A stretch of DNA of 63,955 bases, filler included, from Phoronis australis (Eukaryota > Animalia > Phoronida): NCBI GenBank assembly GCA_002633005.1. It is 10 parts of 10 records of this genome, joined end to end, with 100 filler letters (N's around TTAATTAATTAA, not from the genome) between each part and the next. Parts side by side here need not be neighbours in the genome. Positions count along the whole stretch, not along the records: positions 9,771 to 13,316 come from NMRA01000185.1; positions 13,417 to 15,975 come from NMRA01003609.1; positions 16,076 to 22,343 come from NMRA01001852.1; positions 22,444 to 28,992 come from NMRA01002147.1; 6 more parts are not named here. One strand, written 5' to 3'. The position numbers and the translations under genes are program-made. Positions 12,400 to 23,937 of this stretch are shown one piece after another. Under the pieces are notes generated by a model that made no database searches, was not told the origin of the DNA, and saw nothing but the letters and a program-made list of their open reading frames with translations. How positions within the stretch are numbered: the first letter of the stretch is position 1; every line of letters begins with the position of its first letter.

Positions 12400-12645
12400 T
12401 TAAAGGAGCATGCCACACAAAAAAAACAACCTAATTTGTATCAATTTAGATCGAGTAGTTCTCCTCGATAGCGGCACGTACGGTTGCGTTACCTGACGGC
12501 AGACGGAGGTGATGAAATTTTCCATTGACGTCATCGGTTTCACACGCAGTCTGTTCAGCAGTTCACANAAACCCTTAAAAATACACCGAGTTCTTATAAA
12601 AACGTGTTGTCTTATTTCACTGTTACGGATTTATTGGTATTTGGC
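12400..12645 (+). mobile_element. Kolobok-like DNA transposon end, copy 2
   Basis: TTAAAGGAGCATGCCACAC...; aligns by eye with the reverse complement of ~240-563. Confidence 0.65.
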
Positions 12646-13121
12646 GAAGGCAACCTTTTTTCATGTCACTTAGCAAAAATAAGGTTGGTCGATTATCCCA
12701 GACACATTTTTCACTTAATTACAGCTTTTCGTAATTTGATTAAATTCTCGTCCTCTACTCCGGAAGTGACGTTTTGGGAGGCAAGAGTTTCGCGCCAATG
12801 TATTTTCATTATAGTCTGACTGTGAGGGCTGTCGATTCAGTCATTGTTCTACCTCGGTTGTGGTAAGTTCGGTCGTCGTTTGCTTTTGTTTTATAGGCCA
12901 GTTGAATAACAATAAGTGACCTTAATCGGACCCTTTGAATGAGGTTAACAAGCTGGTAATGGTCTTGTTCATACTAACACTTGCTGATCGCAAGTTGTTT
13001 ATGCTGTGAAGTCTGCTTTGGTTTTGGTTCAAAAAGGACTTCGGGGGAAGGAGTCGAGGCGGGCTGGTAGCGTGCGTTTTTTGAAGTTCATGAAATGTTC
13101 TTGCGAAATGACTAAGTTCAA

Positions 13122-13277
13122 TGTTTTATTACTTGGCGGAATTCTTCCGCCAAGTATGTTGCTCTGACAGCAAGTTTTTTTACTTGGCGGAATTCTTCGA
13201 ATTCCGTCAAGTATGTTGGTCTGACAGCAAGTTTTTACTTGGCGAAATAAATTTCGCCAAGTATATTGCTCTGACAC
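13122..13277. repeat. Three tandem hairpin units (~51-56 bp)
   Basis: TACTTGGCG(G/A)AA..TT(C/T)CG(C/T)CAAGTA palindromes separated by near-identical TGTTGCTCTGACAGCAAGTTTTT linkers. Confidence 0.9.
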
Positions 13278-13629
13278 TATGTTTGTTTTTTTTTTGTTTT
13301 TTTTTTTGTTTGTTCGNNNNNNNNNNNNNNNNNNNNNNNNNNNNNNNNNNNNNNNNNNNNTTAATTAATTAANNNNNNNNNNNNNNNNNNNNNNNNNNNN
13401 NNNNNNNNNNNNNNNNCCCCCCACTGACGCATCCCTAAAATGCCGTTTCACCATGCCTTTTTAAGGCTTACAGGAACATAATTCATTTGTAGTGGCACCC
13501 TCCCACCCTTACAACATCCTATGTCTGGCAGTATTCACAATTTTGAATATTCATTGAATGAGTGCTTTTTGCTTGAAGTTTAGTATTGGCTTCTGTTGTG
13601 TGTTTTGTAACTTTACTGTTCTCTTTCAG

Positions 13630-13659
13630 GGAATGTTTTCTGCTGAAGACTTCAGATAA
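13630..13659 (+). CDS. Putative short terminal coding exon (GMFSAEDFR*) of an unidentified gene
   Basis: Strong ttctctttcag acceptor, 9 codons plus TAA, followed by AT/GT-rich sequence resembling a 3' UTR; too short to assign. Confidence 0.3.
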   Translation, partial: GMFSAEDFR

Positions 13660-14740
13660 TTCAAGACTAGTTCTGCTTTCCGTTTGACTGTGAAACAGTC
13701 ATTATATTCATGCTTTAATATCAGGGTTGATTGAATTTAGTTGGACTGTTTATTTATTCTCATCACAGTTCAACTTTTGAATTTCTTGAGAATAAGTAAG
13801 ATGGATATGAATGTAATCAAAAGGCATGGTGTATATATTTGCACATAATGCATTATTCAAAGTATTTTTTCTCGTTGAAAATCAATGAATTTTAAAGAAA
13901 AATTTCTTCTGAGTTTTGGCTATATTTTCGACGAAGCTTGATGATAGTCGACGACAATGGTCAACTTTTTGACAAATACTGTACAGTATGCGGAAAAATT
14001 CCTTCGGTGCTCCACCAGGAGTATTTGGCCAAAACGATTGAGATGGTTTTGGTATCTCATTTCTATATTCACTGGTGCCATTGATGAATTGGAAAGCAAG
14101 CATATACAATATTGTGAAATGTTTTGATTTACTGAGCATCAAATGAGATGTGTAAGAGATGAAACATGACACTACAACAAACAAAAGTACTGTTAGCTCA
14201 CAGTGTTACTGTGGCTTGCAGGTGTCTCTATAAGTGGTCTGTTGCGTATTGTTAATGTTACACAAACCAATGCTCATCTGTTTAAGATATTGATACAGGT
14301 GTTGACTGGTGGTCAGACATGAATTAATTGTGACTTAATTATAAGAGGTTGTGCTAGAAAATTGACTTATAAAAGTCATCCTTAAGAAGAGGAAGACCTG
14401 TTACTGTAAGTGTAGGGTGGGCCAGTTACATATTATGTACCTGGTATGCCCAGTGTCATGACTCAAGTAGTTGTATCAAAGGGAGTTGTATCGTGATATA
14501 ATTACAATTTCCGTAGTAATAGCTTTCTGAGCAATTGGAATTAATATACATCAGTTGGATGGTTGCAGCAAACAGTGTTGGGAAGTGGAATTTTATGTGG
14601 CTCGTTAGAATTTAGATTGTCTGTTGTAATTGTTATGGAATTAAAAAGGATCAGGTTCATTAGGATTATTTAATAACTGTAACTTACATAAGTTGTACTT
14701 ATCTGAAGCCAGACATTCTGCTTGAGTAAGGTAAATTCTG

Positions 14741-15272
14741 AGGGCTGTTCCAGCAAAATCTGTGTGGGAGGGGGGGGAAGGCAACTGAAATAAAAATTTA
14801 TGGGTGGTTGATTTAAATTCAAAATGGCTGGTGGTCGTACTTCCAAAAAATAAAAATTTTCAGGTCGTTGTTGTTTCATTGGGCCATAAATGTTTGATGG
14901 TGGGTAATTTTAGTAAATTTTATAAACAATCCGCACAGAATCAAAAACTGAAACAAAAATGCAACTTGCAAAAAGCTCTGACTTTTTCACTCCCTCCGAT
15001 CTCCTCACCGGCATGCCCATAACACCATTTAACCACAGGTGCTCGAATTTCTCGATGGGTAATAACCATATATAAGAAACGTGTTTTCTTGGTAATGAGT
15101 GACGTTAGTGGTGATGAAGGAACAGATAAACTCAAGCGCCTGTGCAGTCAATCACAAGAACAAAAAAATTACGGGTGGTTGCATTTCAAACTTATAAAAA
15201 ATTACGGGTGGTAGGCTGAAGAAATAAATGAAAAATATGGGTGGTGGGTGCGCAAAAAAGGTGTCTTCCCCC
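14741..15272 (+). mobile_element. MITE-like repeat beginning AGGGCTGTTCCA with internal AAAAATTAYGGGTGGT-like motifs
   Basis: G-run after the terminus and four copies of the motif (~14795, 15165, 15198, 15232); right end cut by a single N. Confidence 0.4.
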
Positions 15273-17349
15273 NTCTGAAATTAAGTGAAAAACTGACAAA
15301 TGCATGTCTGACTTATATTAGTTTTACTGTCTATTTGTTTGAAATTGTGTAGTGACATTATCTTCTCAAAACTGGTGTTTGGAAGTCTGTAAAAAAACAC
15401 ATCACTGTTGTAAATTTGTAAAAGCTGGGGTCATAATCTTTTTAGTGAACGGATTGTAATATGAACCGAGACTTATTTGTTACGTTGTGAAATTTATTGG
15501 CATTGTGTTGGACATTTAAACATCTACATGCATTGGATTCTTAAGCTTATTTCCTTTTGTTAATAATCTAAATATGGTCATTCAGTTATGGTCCTGGCAT
15601 TCTTAGGTCAGTGGAACCAGGCACACTTCGCTTTTAACTTTCCCCAAACCACATGTCATTTGTTGTCCAATAATATATTAGTGTCTTTAACCTTCATTCA
15701 CATGGCTGCTAACACTCCTTATTGTGCATTAAAATTTCACCCATAAAGTTCATTTTATGTCTATACACAACATTGACCTGAGCCTACCCGGCTTACCAGT
15801 GAGAATGTTTTTAAACATCAAAATACCTGAATATCCCAACAATGCTTGTGTACGAGATTCTCTAGGAAAACAAATAATAGCACAACATAGTCATATACTT
15901 ATGTTGTAGTCACCAAAAATGCAACGCTTACACCAGGCAAAGATGAGCACGGCGACTTCACATGGAACACAATGTNNNNNNNNNNNNNNNNNNNNNNNNN
16001 NNNNNNNNNNNNNNNNNNNTTAATTAATTAANNNNNNNNNNNNNNNNNNNNNNNNNNNNNNNNNNNNNNNNNNNNTTGGGTCTATCGGCAACTAACCGCA
16101 CATGAAAGGCTTGGTCCAAAATTATCGTTTTCTCACATGCACTTTCGGGTTTTTAGCGGCGATTCCACTGATCGAAGCGACAAAATAAGCCAAAACTTTG
16201 GCCATACCATGTTAAACATAAAATTTTTTCCAATTTTGCTGAAACTTGGCCACGTTTTTAACAAAATACTTATCTATGTTATGTGCTATCGGCAAATGTG
16301 ATTGATTCATAAATAAGACCCTCACGCTGTGTTTTCTGCGAATCCCATGTATTCTGAAGGGGGCTAACTGAGTGATTTTCGCGCATGCGCAATTCACGGT
16401 TTCAATATTGCTGGTAATGCGTTTTTCTCAATCAAATTATTCAGCTGCTTATAGTTTGTCTTTTGTGTATTTCAAAACCAAGAACGTTTTCTGAGGATAT
16501 GGGCTACCATTCATGTGTTTAAGTTCACAATAATTGCAGTTTTGTTAACCAAGGAAAACAATGCCCATTACATTGCACTCACGCTGTGTCTCGCGCGTTC
16601 ACTCCGACATTTTGAGTGTGAAAGGACCCTATATTCACTTGAGTTTCCAACATTACGTAGGCGGGAGAGTAAGACCTGTTAAAACCACTAATATTCGATT
16701 GTCAAATTGCAATTAGGACCTTCCCAAAATATTCAGGATTGTCGCAGTTTGAACTGCATTTTATAATGCTGATGAAGTTCGCAGTATTCATACTGTAAGC
16801 TAGCAAGCCAGCTAGCCACATCAGACAGATTTGAAGGTTTATCGAATTTCTTTCGATTATGTGAAAAGGAAATCAAGCAAAAAGAAATCCGAGTACGGGG
16901 GCAAAATACTAATCAAATCAAATTATCTTTATTTAGGGAACCATCAACAGTCTTACTGGGTTATATTTCGCCTCTTTTTACCTTTCTCTAACGACGACAA
17001 ATCAAATCTTCTGTCATTTTTACTTTCATATTTTGATGTGATGACGACATAGTATAATTAGTAGTAACCCGAATGGCAGCCAATAATATAAGTGAATGCT
17101 CTAGTTCAAGATTCGCCGCTAGGTAAAAAAATGCATATGCCGGAATGACAAGCAAATAGTAGAACGTCGAATCTTGCGTCATTCTTCACTTTTGTAACAA
17201 AGTAAAGTTTGTCATTGACTTAAAAATAGAACGCTAGTGACAAATGCACGCGCAACTTTCCATACTTTTATGGCATCTTTCGAAAGATGATAACGGTTTC
17301 ACCGTAGCAAAGTTGTTAACCAGATTAGTGTATGTCCACAACTGATTGA

Positions 17350-17830
17350 CTAAAACCGTCTGGCAGGTTATCAATACTCTCAAAACTTACAGACCCCTTG
17401 TCAGTGCTGCATAGGTGTAATGCTGTATACAGGTTTTACTGCGAGTGTGATCAGTTTTATGTTGGTATGAATACTAAGAGGTTAGGCCAAAGAGCAAAAG
17501 AACATTATCTAAGTGGCAGTAATGTTCTCTGTATTCATTCTATGGTAACAGACCACGTAATGGATAAAGCTAATCCTGCAATTCTTCGAAATGATGAAAA
17601 TAGATTCAGATTAGCTATTAAGGAGAACCGTACGATTGTTGATCTGAATACGAGGGCTTCCCTGAATGGCAACCTGGGGTCGGTTGAGCTCATCCTTTGC
17701 GGGTAGCTTTGATCTTTGTATGTGACTGCTTTGCAAGTGGTTCATTTGATTTTGTTTCTTGCGAATCTGTTGTTGGGTTTGGTGAACTCCATGAGAACGA
17801 TGAATTAAATTCCGTTGAAACGTTGGACTC
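17350..17830 (+). mobile_element. 5'-truncated Penelope-like element: GIY-YIG endonuclease domain plus 3' tail
   Basis: Open frame 17350-17706 LKPSGRLSILSKLTDPL..NAVYRFYCECDQFYVGMNTKRLGQRAKEH..H....H..IKE..SLN matches PLE GIY-YIG with CCHH; tail ends ...GAAACGTTGG. Confidence 0.85.
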
Positions 17831-17864
17831 GCTTCTTTAAACTAGTTTTCTTCTATCGTTAAAG

Positions 17865-18113
17865 CCCGGAACGTTCCAGTGGGATAAATCGTTACAAGGC
17901 TACATATTATCGTCTTTCTTCTATGGCTACATGGTTACCCAAGTTCCTGGTGGTTGGCTTGCTGAACGATTTGGCGGGAAAATTGTCATGATGGTCGGTA
18001 TGACATTGTCATTCCTGTCTACCATATTTACCCCACTGGCTGCCAGCTATGAACCAGACACCGTTGGACCGTATTTACTGATGGCCTTGAGAGTCCTTCT
18101 TGGGCTGGCAACG
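17865..18113 (+). CDS. SLC17 family (sialin/inorganic phosphate cotransporter-like) MFS transporter, internal exon
   Basis: AG/GT bounded, 249 nt, phase 0-0; FQWDKSLQGYILSSFFYGYMVTQVPGGWLAERFGGK...LRVLLGL is the SLC17 signature. Confidence 0.93.
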
Positions 18114-18134
18114 GTATGTTTTTATCTTCGTCGA

Positions 18135-18290
18135 GTGCTACTGCATAAAATACTACGTCAACAGGTGCTGCTACAGCTACTAGTTGTGCTACTGATACTG
18201 CAACTACTGCCACTACTATAAGGACGGCTGCTACGGCAGCCAGAACTATTACTAATGTTACAGCTACTACTGATCATTTAACTGCTCCTT
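18135..18290 (+). repeat. Degenerate (CTA/CTG)n microsatellite
   Basis: Runs of ctactg/gctact triplets. Confidence 0.6.
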
Positions 18291-18446
18291 CTGCCGCTGT
18301 TCGTTTTGCTAACGCCGCCGCCTCCATCGCCCCCGTCGCCCATGATGCTGTCATTGAGTTGCCTATCAACCGTAAAGCTACGTGAACCTTACACACATGA
18401 ATTCTATGCTGCGGCAAAATTACTGGACGATTGGTGGTTGCTTACT

Positions 18447-21400
18447 CATTACTCTGCGGGTGCAAGCGCAGAGTACTGTTGTTCCTGGGTTTTCTTCAAT
18501 TTCATTATTCTTATTCTTATTCTTATTCTTATTACTCTGCGCGTCTAAGCGCAGAGTCCTGTTGTTCCTGGGTTTTCTCAATTTTATTCTTCTTCTTCTT
18601 ATTCTTCTTCCGACCAACTTTGAGGCTTAATAACTCCAAATTGGGTGCACGTAGGGTCTTTAAACTCAGCATATGACTTTTCACAGTATATAAATTTTGA
18701 TTGGTTATATAATCATATTCCATATTGCACCGGAAGAGGTCGTTTAGTGCAAAGGTCATATAATTTTCAAAATGCTGCTCCTTCAGTTTTAAAGCTATCT
18801 TTTTCAAATTCGGTGCACAGGTGTAAGTCAAAAAGACAATTTAAAAAATTACTTTTCTAAGTAATCGGGTCAAACAATCAGGTGAAATAGGTCAAAGGTC
18901 ATTAGGTGCAAACTAAAATTTTGAGCTAGACATTTCAAATTAACAGGTCTGATTGGCACAGGAAATTCAATTCGGAATCCAAAGTTTCAGGTCATTTAGT
19001 GGAAACGTGGAGTCATCAGGTTCATTTTTCTTCTGGAAATTTGACCTTTTCATTCAGCAAGTGTTCTGATGTGTCAACCGTCAGACAACTGTGATTCTCA
19101 GCATTAAACATATTTTTCATGGGCTTTGCATAAATTCTCCTAAAGATGCTTATAATGCACCGGATAGGGTCAATTAGTGCAAAGGTCATGTAACGTTCAA
19201 AATGTTATATCTTTTACGTTTTTCAAGGAATTCTTTTCAATTTCAGCACACTTGGGTAAGTCAACATGCCAATTGAATACCCTACTTTGCAATAGGCCTG
19301 ACCAATCAGAAAAAATATGTCAAAGGTCATTGAGAGCAAACTGAAATTTTGAGCTAGAGACTTCAGAATTACGTATCTGTTTACTAAGTGCGATTGAGTT
19401 TAAATTCTAAATTTTCAGGTCATTTGGTGCACCCATGGGGTCATTAGGTGCATTTTTCTTCAGCTGAAAGTTTGGCCACTTCATTCATCTTGTATTCTGA
19501 AGTGCTTAAAGTAAAACCTCTGTGATTATTAGCATTAACCACACTTTTAATCGAGTTAACAATTACTCCCTCATCGGGGCTCATAATGCACCGGAAGAGG
19601 TCAATTAGTGGAAAGGTCTTCAAAAAAATTAATATGTAATTTCTACTACAATTTTAAAGAATTCCTTTTCATATTGGTAAACTGGTTGCTGTCAGTAACT
19701 TCCCATAATGATTCCAGTAATACGCACGCGCAGAGTCCGTTATTGTCACGCCGTGACAATAATATTTCTAGTTCTTCTTATTCTTCTTCCGACCAACTTT
19801 GAGGCTTAATAACTCCAAATTGGGTTGAGGTACGGTATTTAAATTCAGCAAATGACTTTTGACAGTATACAAATTTTGATTAGTTATATAATCATATTCC
19901 ATATTGCACAGGAAGAGGTCGTTTGGTGCAAAGGTCATATAATTTTCAAAATGCTGCTCCTCCAGGTTTAAAGCTATCTATTTTCAAATTCGGTGCACAG
20001 GTATAAGTCAACATAACAATTTTAAAAATTACTTTTCTAAGTAATCGGGTCATCCAGTCAGGTGAAATAGGTCAAAGGTCATTAGGTGCAAACTAAAATT
20101 TTGAGCTAGACACTTCAAAGTGACAGATCTGATTGCCACAGGTAAATCAAATCGGAATCCAAAGTTTCAGATCATTTAGTGCAAACATGGGGTCATTAGG
20201 TGCATTTTTTCTGAAAATTTGACCTTTTCAATCAGCAACCGTTAGACAACTGTAATTCTCAGCGTTAAACACCTTTTTATGGGCTTTGCAATAATTCTCC
20301 TCAAGACGCTTATAATGCACCGGATAGGGTCAATTATTGCAAAGGTCATCTAACGTTCACAATGTTATATCTCGTACGTTTTTCAAGGAGTTCTTTTCAA
20401 TTTCAGCACTCTAGTGTAAGTCAACATGCCAATTGAACAACCTACTTAACTATGCAATAGGCCTAACCAATCAGGAAAAATAGGTCAAAGGCCATTGAGT
20501 GCAAAAGTAAAATTTTGAGCTAGAGACTTCAGAATTACGTATCTGTTTACTAAGTGCGATTGAGATTGAATTCTAAATTTTCAGGTCATTTGGTGCACCC
20601 ATGGGTCATTAGGTGGTTTTTTCTTCTGAAAGTTTGACCACTTCAATCATCTCGTATTCTGAAGTGCTTAAAGTAAAACCTCTGTGATTATTAGCATTAA
20701 CCACACTTTTAATCGAGTTAACAATTACTCCCTCATCAGGGCTCATAATGCACCGGAAGAGGTCAATTAGTGGAAAGGTCATCAAAAAATTAATATGTAA
20801 TTTCTCCTACAATTTTAAAGAATTCCTTTTCATATTGGTAAACGGGTTGCTGTCAGTAACTTCCCATAATAATTCCAGTAATACGCACGCGCAGGGTCCG
20901 TTATTGTCACGCCGTGACAATAATATTTCTAGTTCTTCTTATTCTTATTCTTATTCTTCTTCCGACCAACTTTGAGGCTTAATAACTCCAAATTGGATGC
21001 AGGTACGGTCTTTAAATTCAGCATATGGCTTTTGACAGTATATAAATTTTGATTCGTTATATAATCATATTCCATATTGCACCGGACGAGGTCGTTTGGT
21101 GCAAAGGTCATATAATTTTCAAAATGCTACTCCTCCTTCAGTTTTAAAGCTATCTTCTTCAAATTCGGTGCACAGGTACAAGTCAACATGACAATTTAAA
21201 AACATACTTTTCTAAGTAATTGGGTCATCCAGTCAGATGAAATAGGTCAAACGTCATTAGGTGCAAATTAAAAGTTTGAGCTAGACACTTCAAATTGACA
21301 GATCTGATTGGCACAGGTAATTCAATTTGGAATCCAAAGTTTCAGATCATTTAGTGCAAACATGGGTCATTAGGTGCATTTTTCTTCTGAAATTTTGACC

Positions 21401-22343
21401 TTTTCAATCAGCAAGTATACTGATGTGTCAACCGCTATAAACTGTGATTCTCAACATTAAACACCTTTTTTATGGGCTTTGCAATAATTCTCCTAAAGAC
21501 GCTTATAATGCACCGGATTGGGTCAATTAGTGCAAAGGTCATCTAACGTTCACAATGTTATATCTCGTACGTTTTTAAAAGGAATTCTTTTCAATTTCAG
21601 CACACAGGTGTAAGTCAACATGCCAATTGAATACCCTACTTTACTTTGCAATAGACCTAACCAATCAGAAAAAATAGGTCAAAGGTCATTGAGTGCAAAC
21701 TAAAATTTTGAGCCAGAGACTTCAAAATTACATATCTGTTTACTAAGTGCGATTGAGTTTGAATTCTAAATTTTCAGGTCATTTGGTGCACCCATGGGGT
21801 CATTGGGTGCATTTTTGTTCTGAAAGTTTGACCAACTCATTCATCTTGTATTCTGAAGTGCTTAAAGTAAAACATCTGTGATGTTTAGCATTAACCACAC
21901 TTTTAATCGAGTTAGCAATTACTCCCTCATCGGGGCTCATAATGCACCGGAAGAGGTCAATTAGTGGAAAGGTCATCAAAAAATTAATATGTAATTTCTC
22001 CTACAATTTTAAAGAATTCCATTTCATTTTGGTAAACGGGTTGCTGTAAGTATCTTCCCATAATAATTCCAGTAATACGCACGCGCAGAGTCCGTTATTG
22101 TCACGCCGTGACAACAATCTTTCTAGTTCTTCTTATTCTTCTTCCGACCAACTTTGAGGCTTAATAACTCCAAATTGGATGCAGGTACGGTCTTTAAATT
22201 CAGCATATGACTTTTGACAGTATATAAATTTTGATTGGTTATATAATCATATTCCATATTGCACCGACAGAGGTCGTTTGATGCAAAGGTCATATAATAT
22301 TCAAAATGCTAATCCTCTTTCAGTTTTAAAGCTATCTTTTTCA
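18447..22343 (+). mobile_element. Tandem array of a Helentron-associated non-autonomous element (HINE/DINE-1/pearl-like), ~1.18-kb unit x3.2
   Basis: CCGACCAACTTTGAGG at 18610, 19789, 20962 and 22144; 5' hairpin/subterminal IR ACTCTGCGCGT, (TTC/TTA) microsatellite, ~430-bp core subrepeats, 3' IR ACGCGCAGAGT, hairpin TTATTGTCACG-C-CGTGACAATAA then CTAG. Confidence 0.85.
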
Positions 22344-22445
22344 NNNNNNNNNNNNNNNNNNNNNNNNNNNNNNNNNNNNNNNNNNNNTTAATTAATTAAN
22401 NNNNNNNNNNNNNNNNNNNNNNNNNNNNNNNNNNNNNNNNNNNAG

Positions 22446-22642
22446 ATTGACATTGCTCAGAATTATCCGATAGAGATCTCGTCTGGTAAAGTTCAGGTTA
22501 TCTTCGTTCTGAAGGCTGAAAAAACCAATGCCTTGTGCTCTGCAAGAAACTCAAAGAGACGCAAGCGCGCTGTTAACATCGGTGCAACAGAGATATCTAT
22601 TGATCAGGCCTTACTGACTGAAATTCTAAGGGATGTTGCCAC
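22446..22642 (+). CDS. Type I membrane glycoprotein, ectodomain exon (5' end cut by contig edge) with RRKR furin site
   Basis: IDIAQNYPIEISSGKVQVIFVLKAEKTNALCSARNSKRRKRAVNIG...RDVAT; gtgagt donor, phase 2 compatible with next exon. Confidence 0.8.
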
Positions 22643-23134
22643 GTGAGTAGAAAAAATTGCGTAACATTGATTTTGCCACTGTTCTTGTATTTACTTTTCT
22701 TTATTTTGCTTGGTGAATGACGTAATCTTTTTGTTCGCAATAAATTTACACAGCACTTACAAAGTCAGAGCGTAACATACGTTTCAAGCTTGATATATAC
22801 TTCTGTCAAGATATCACAAAAAATTCTGCTTTTAAATCGAAATTGCTATAGAAATAACCCTGTTAATTCGCTCACGGTATACGTGTTGATGCTGAATGGA
22901 TGTCCTTTGGAAGATTGACCAAGTGTCCATTTAAAATGGTAGACAGACAACATAGTCATTTTAAACCAAATTTGAATTTTTTTTAAAAGTTTTGATTAAC
23001 AAGATAAATAATTCAAGTTATTGTCGGAATACTGCGTGATGACAATTTTTCCTCTTTCGAGAAAAACATTTAACATTATTGATTGCCAACTAAAATGCCT
23101 AAGTTCTTATGGAATTTTTCTTTCATAATTGTAG

Positions 23135-23413
23135 GCAAACTTCGGTCGCCACCGCCATAAACAGCAACTTGCCTCCAGGAACAAACATCACTGTTTCTGT
23201 ACTCGGCGTCTCCAAGGCAGAACAGCCAACAACTGCTGCCCCTACGACTACTACTGTTGCAGCTCCAACCGCAGAACCTTCTACCTCGGCAGTGACTACT
23301 GCCAAGAGTCCAGTGGCTACCGGACCTGAAGCCTGGGTCATCGCCGTCGCTGTCGTCGGAGGCCTTGTTGGTCTTGTCATCATCATCGTGATTGTAATTT
23401 TGATCATCAAGAG
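23135..23413 (+). CDS. Type I membrane glycoprotein, Thr/Pro-rich stalk plus transmembrane exon
   Basis: ttgtag acceptor, gtaggc donor; PTTAAPTTTTVAAPTAEPSTS stalk and WVIAVAVVGGLVGLVIIIVIVILII-KR helix with stop-transfer residues. Confidence 0.88.
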
Positions 23414-23840
23414 GTAGGCAATATGTTCTTGAGAATTACTTCGAGTTATACCGCTCAGGATCGCTGACTGTTTCCTGACTAATATTGCATGTCTAAAATC
23501 TGTTTTGCTAAAAATCAATGAAACTAGGGACGTGTAAATATATTGATTTTTGCCCGAAAATGGCCTTGCCAGCACGTAACCATGTTTGTCTACAGCAACG
23601 TAATTCGATGCAATGTGCACTTCCAGAAAAAACCGGAGATGAGTGATGTTGCGTTATGGCTGGTGACAACAAAACAACTACGTAGGGTTGGTTTTGGTTC
23701 TAATGCATGATGACTTCTCGTGAAAACTTGCGTGATCTTGCGTTTTTGCGAATTTCTTGCGTCTATGAAACATACCGGTGAAGAATATTTCGATCTGCGT
23801 GTTTTGCGATAAACTAAAAACTAATGTTCGACAATTTCAG

Positions 23841-23937
23841 GCCATCCAAGGTTGGTTCAGCTGACTTGAGCAGAAATGAAGATGAGCGCCGTCTGCAGGA
23901 CAATCACGAGATGCAGCATCGTACAGATCATGCTTAG
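23841..23937 (+). CDS. Type I membrane glycoprotein, last exon (cytoplasmic tail)
   Basis: tttcag acceptor, in phase; PSKVGSADLSRNEDERRLQDNHEMQHRTDHA*. Confidence 0.8.

Noticed and set aside
13122-13277. CRISPR-like palindromic repeats (also considered 29093, 33073 and 57462)
   Set aside because: Intervening sequences are not unique spacers, there are no cas genes, and the context is eukaryotic
17785-17830. Hammerhead in the Penelope tail
   Set aside because: GAAACGT is present but the CUGANGA box is not intact (ATGAGAA)
18306-18676. Hydrophobic and low-complexity ORFs
   Set aside because: Translations of the TTC/TTA microsatellite in the Helentron heads
23123-23620. 165-aa minus-strand ORF
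   Set aside because: Antisense shadow of the real plus-strand membrane-protein exon
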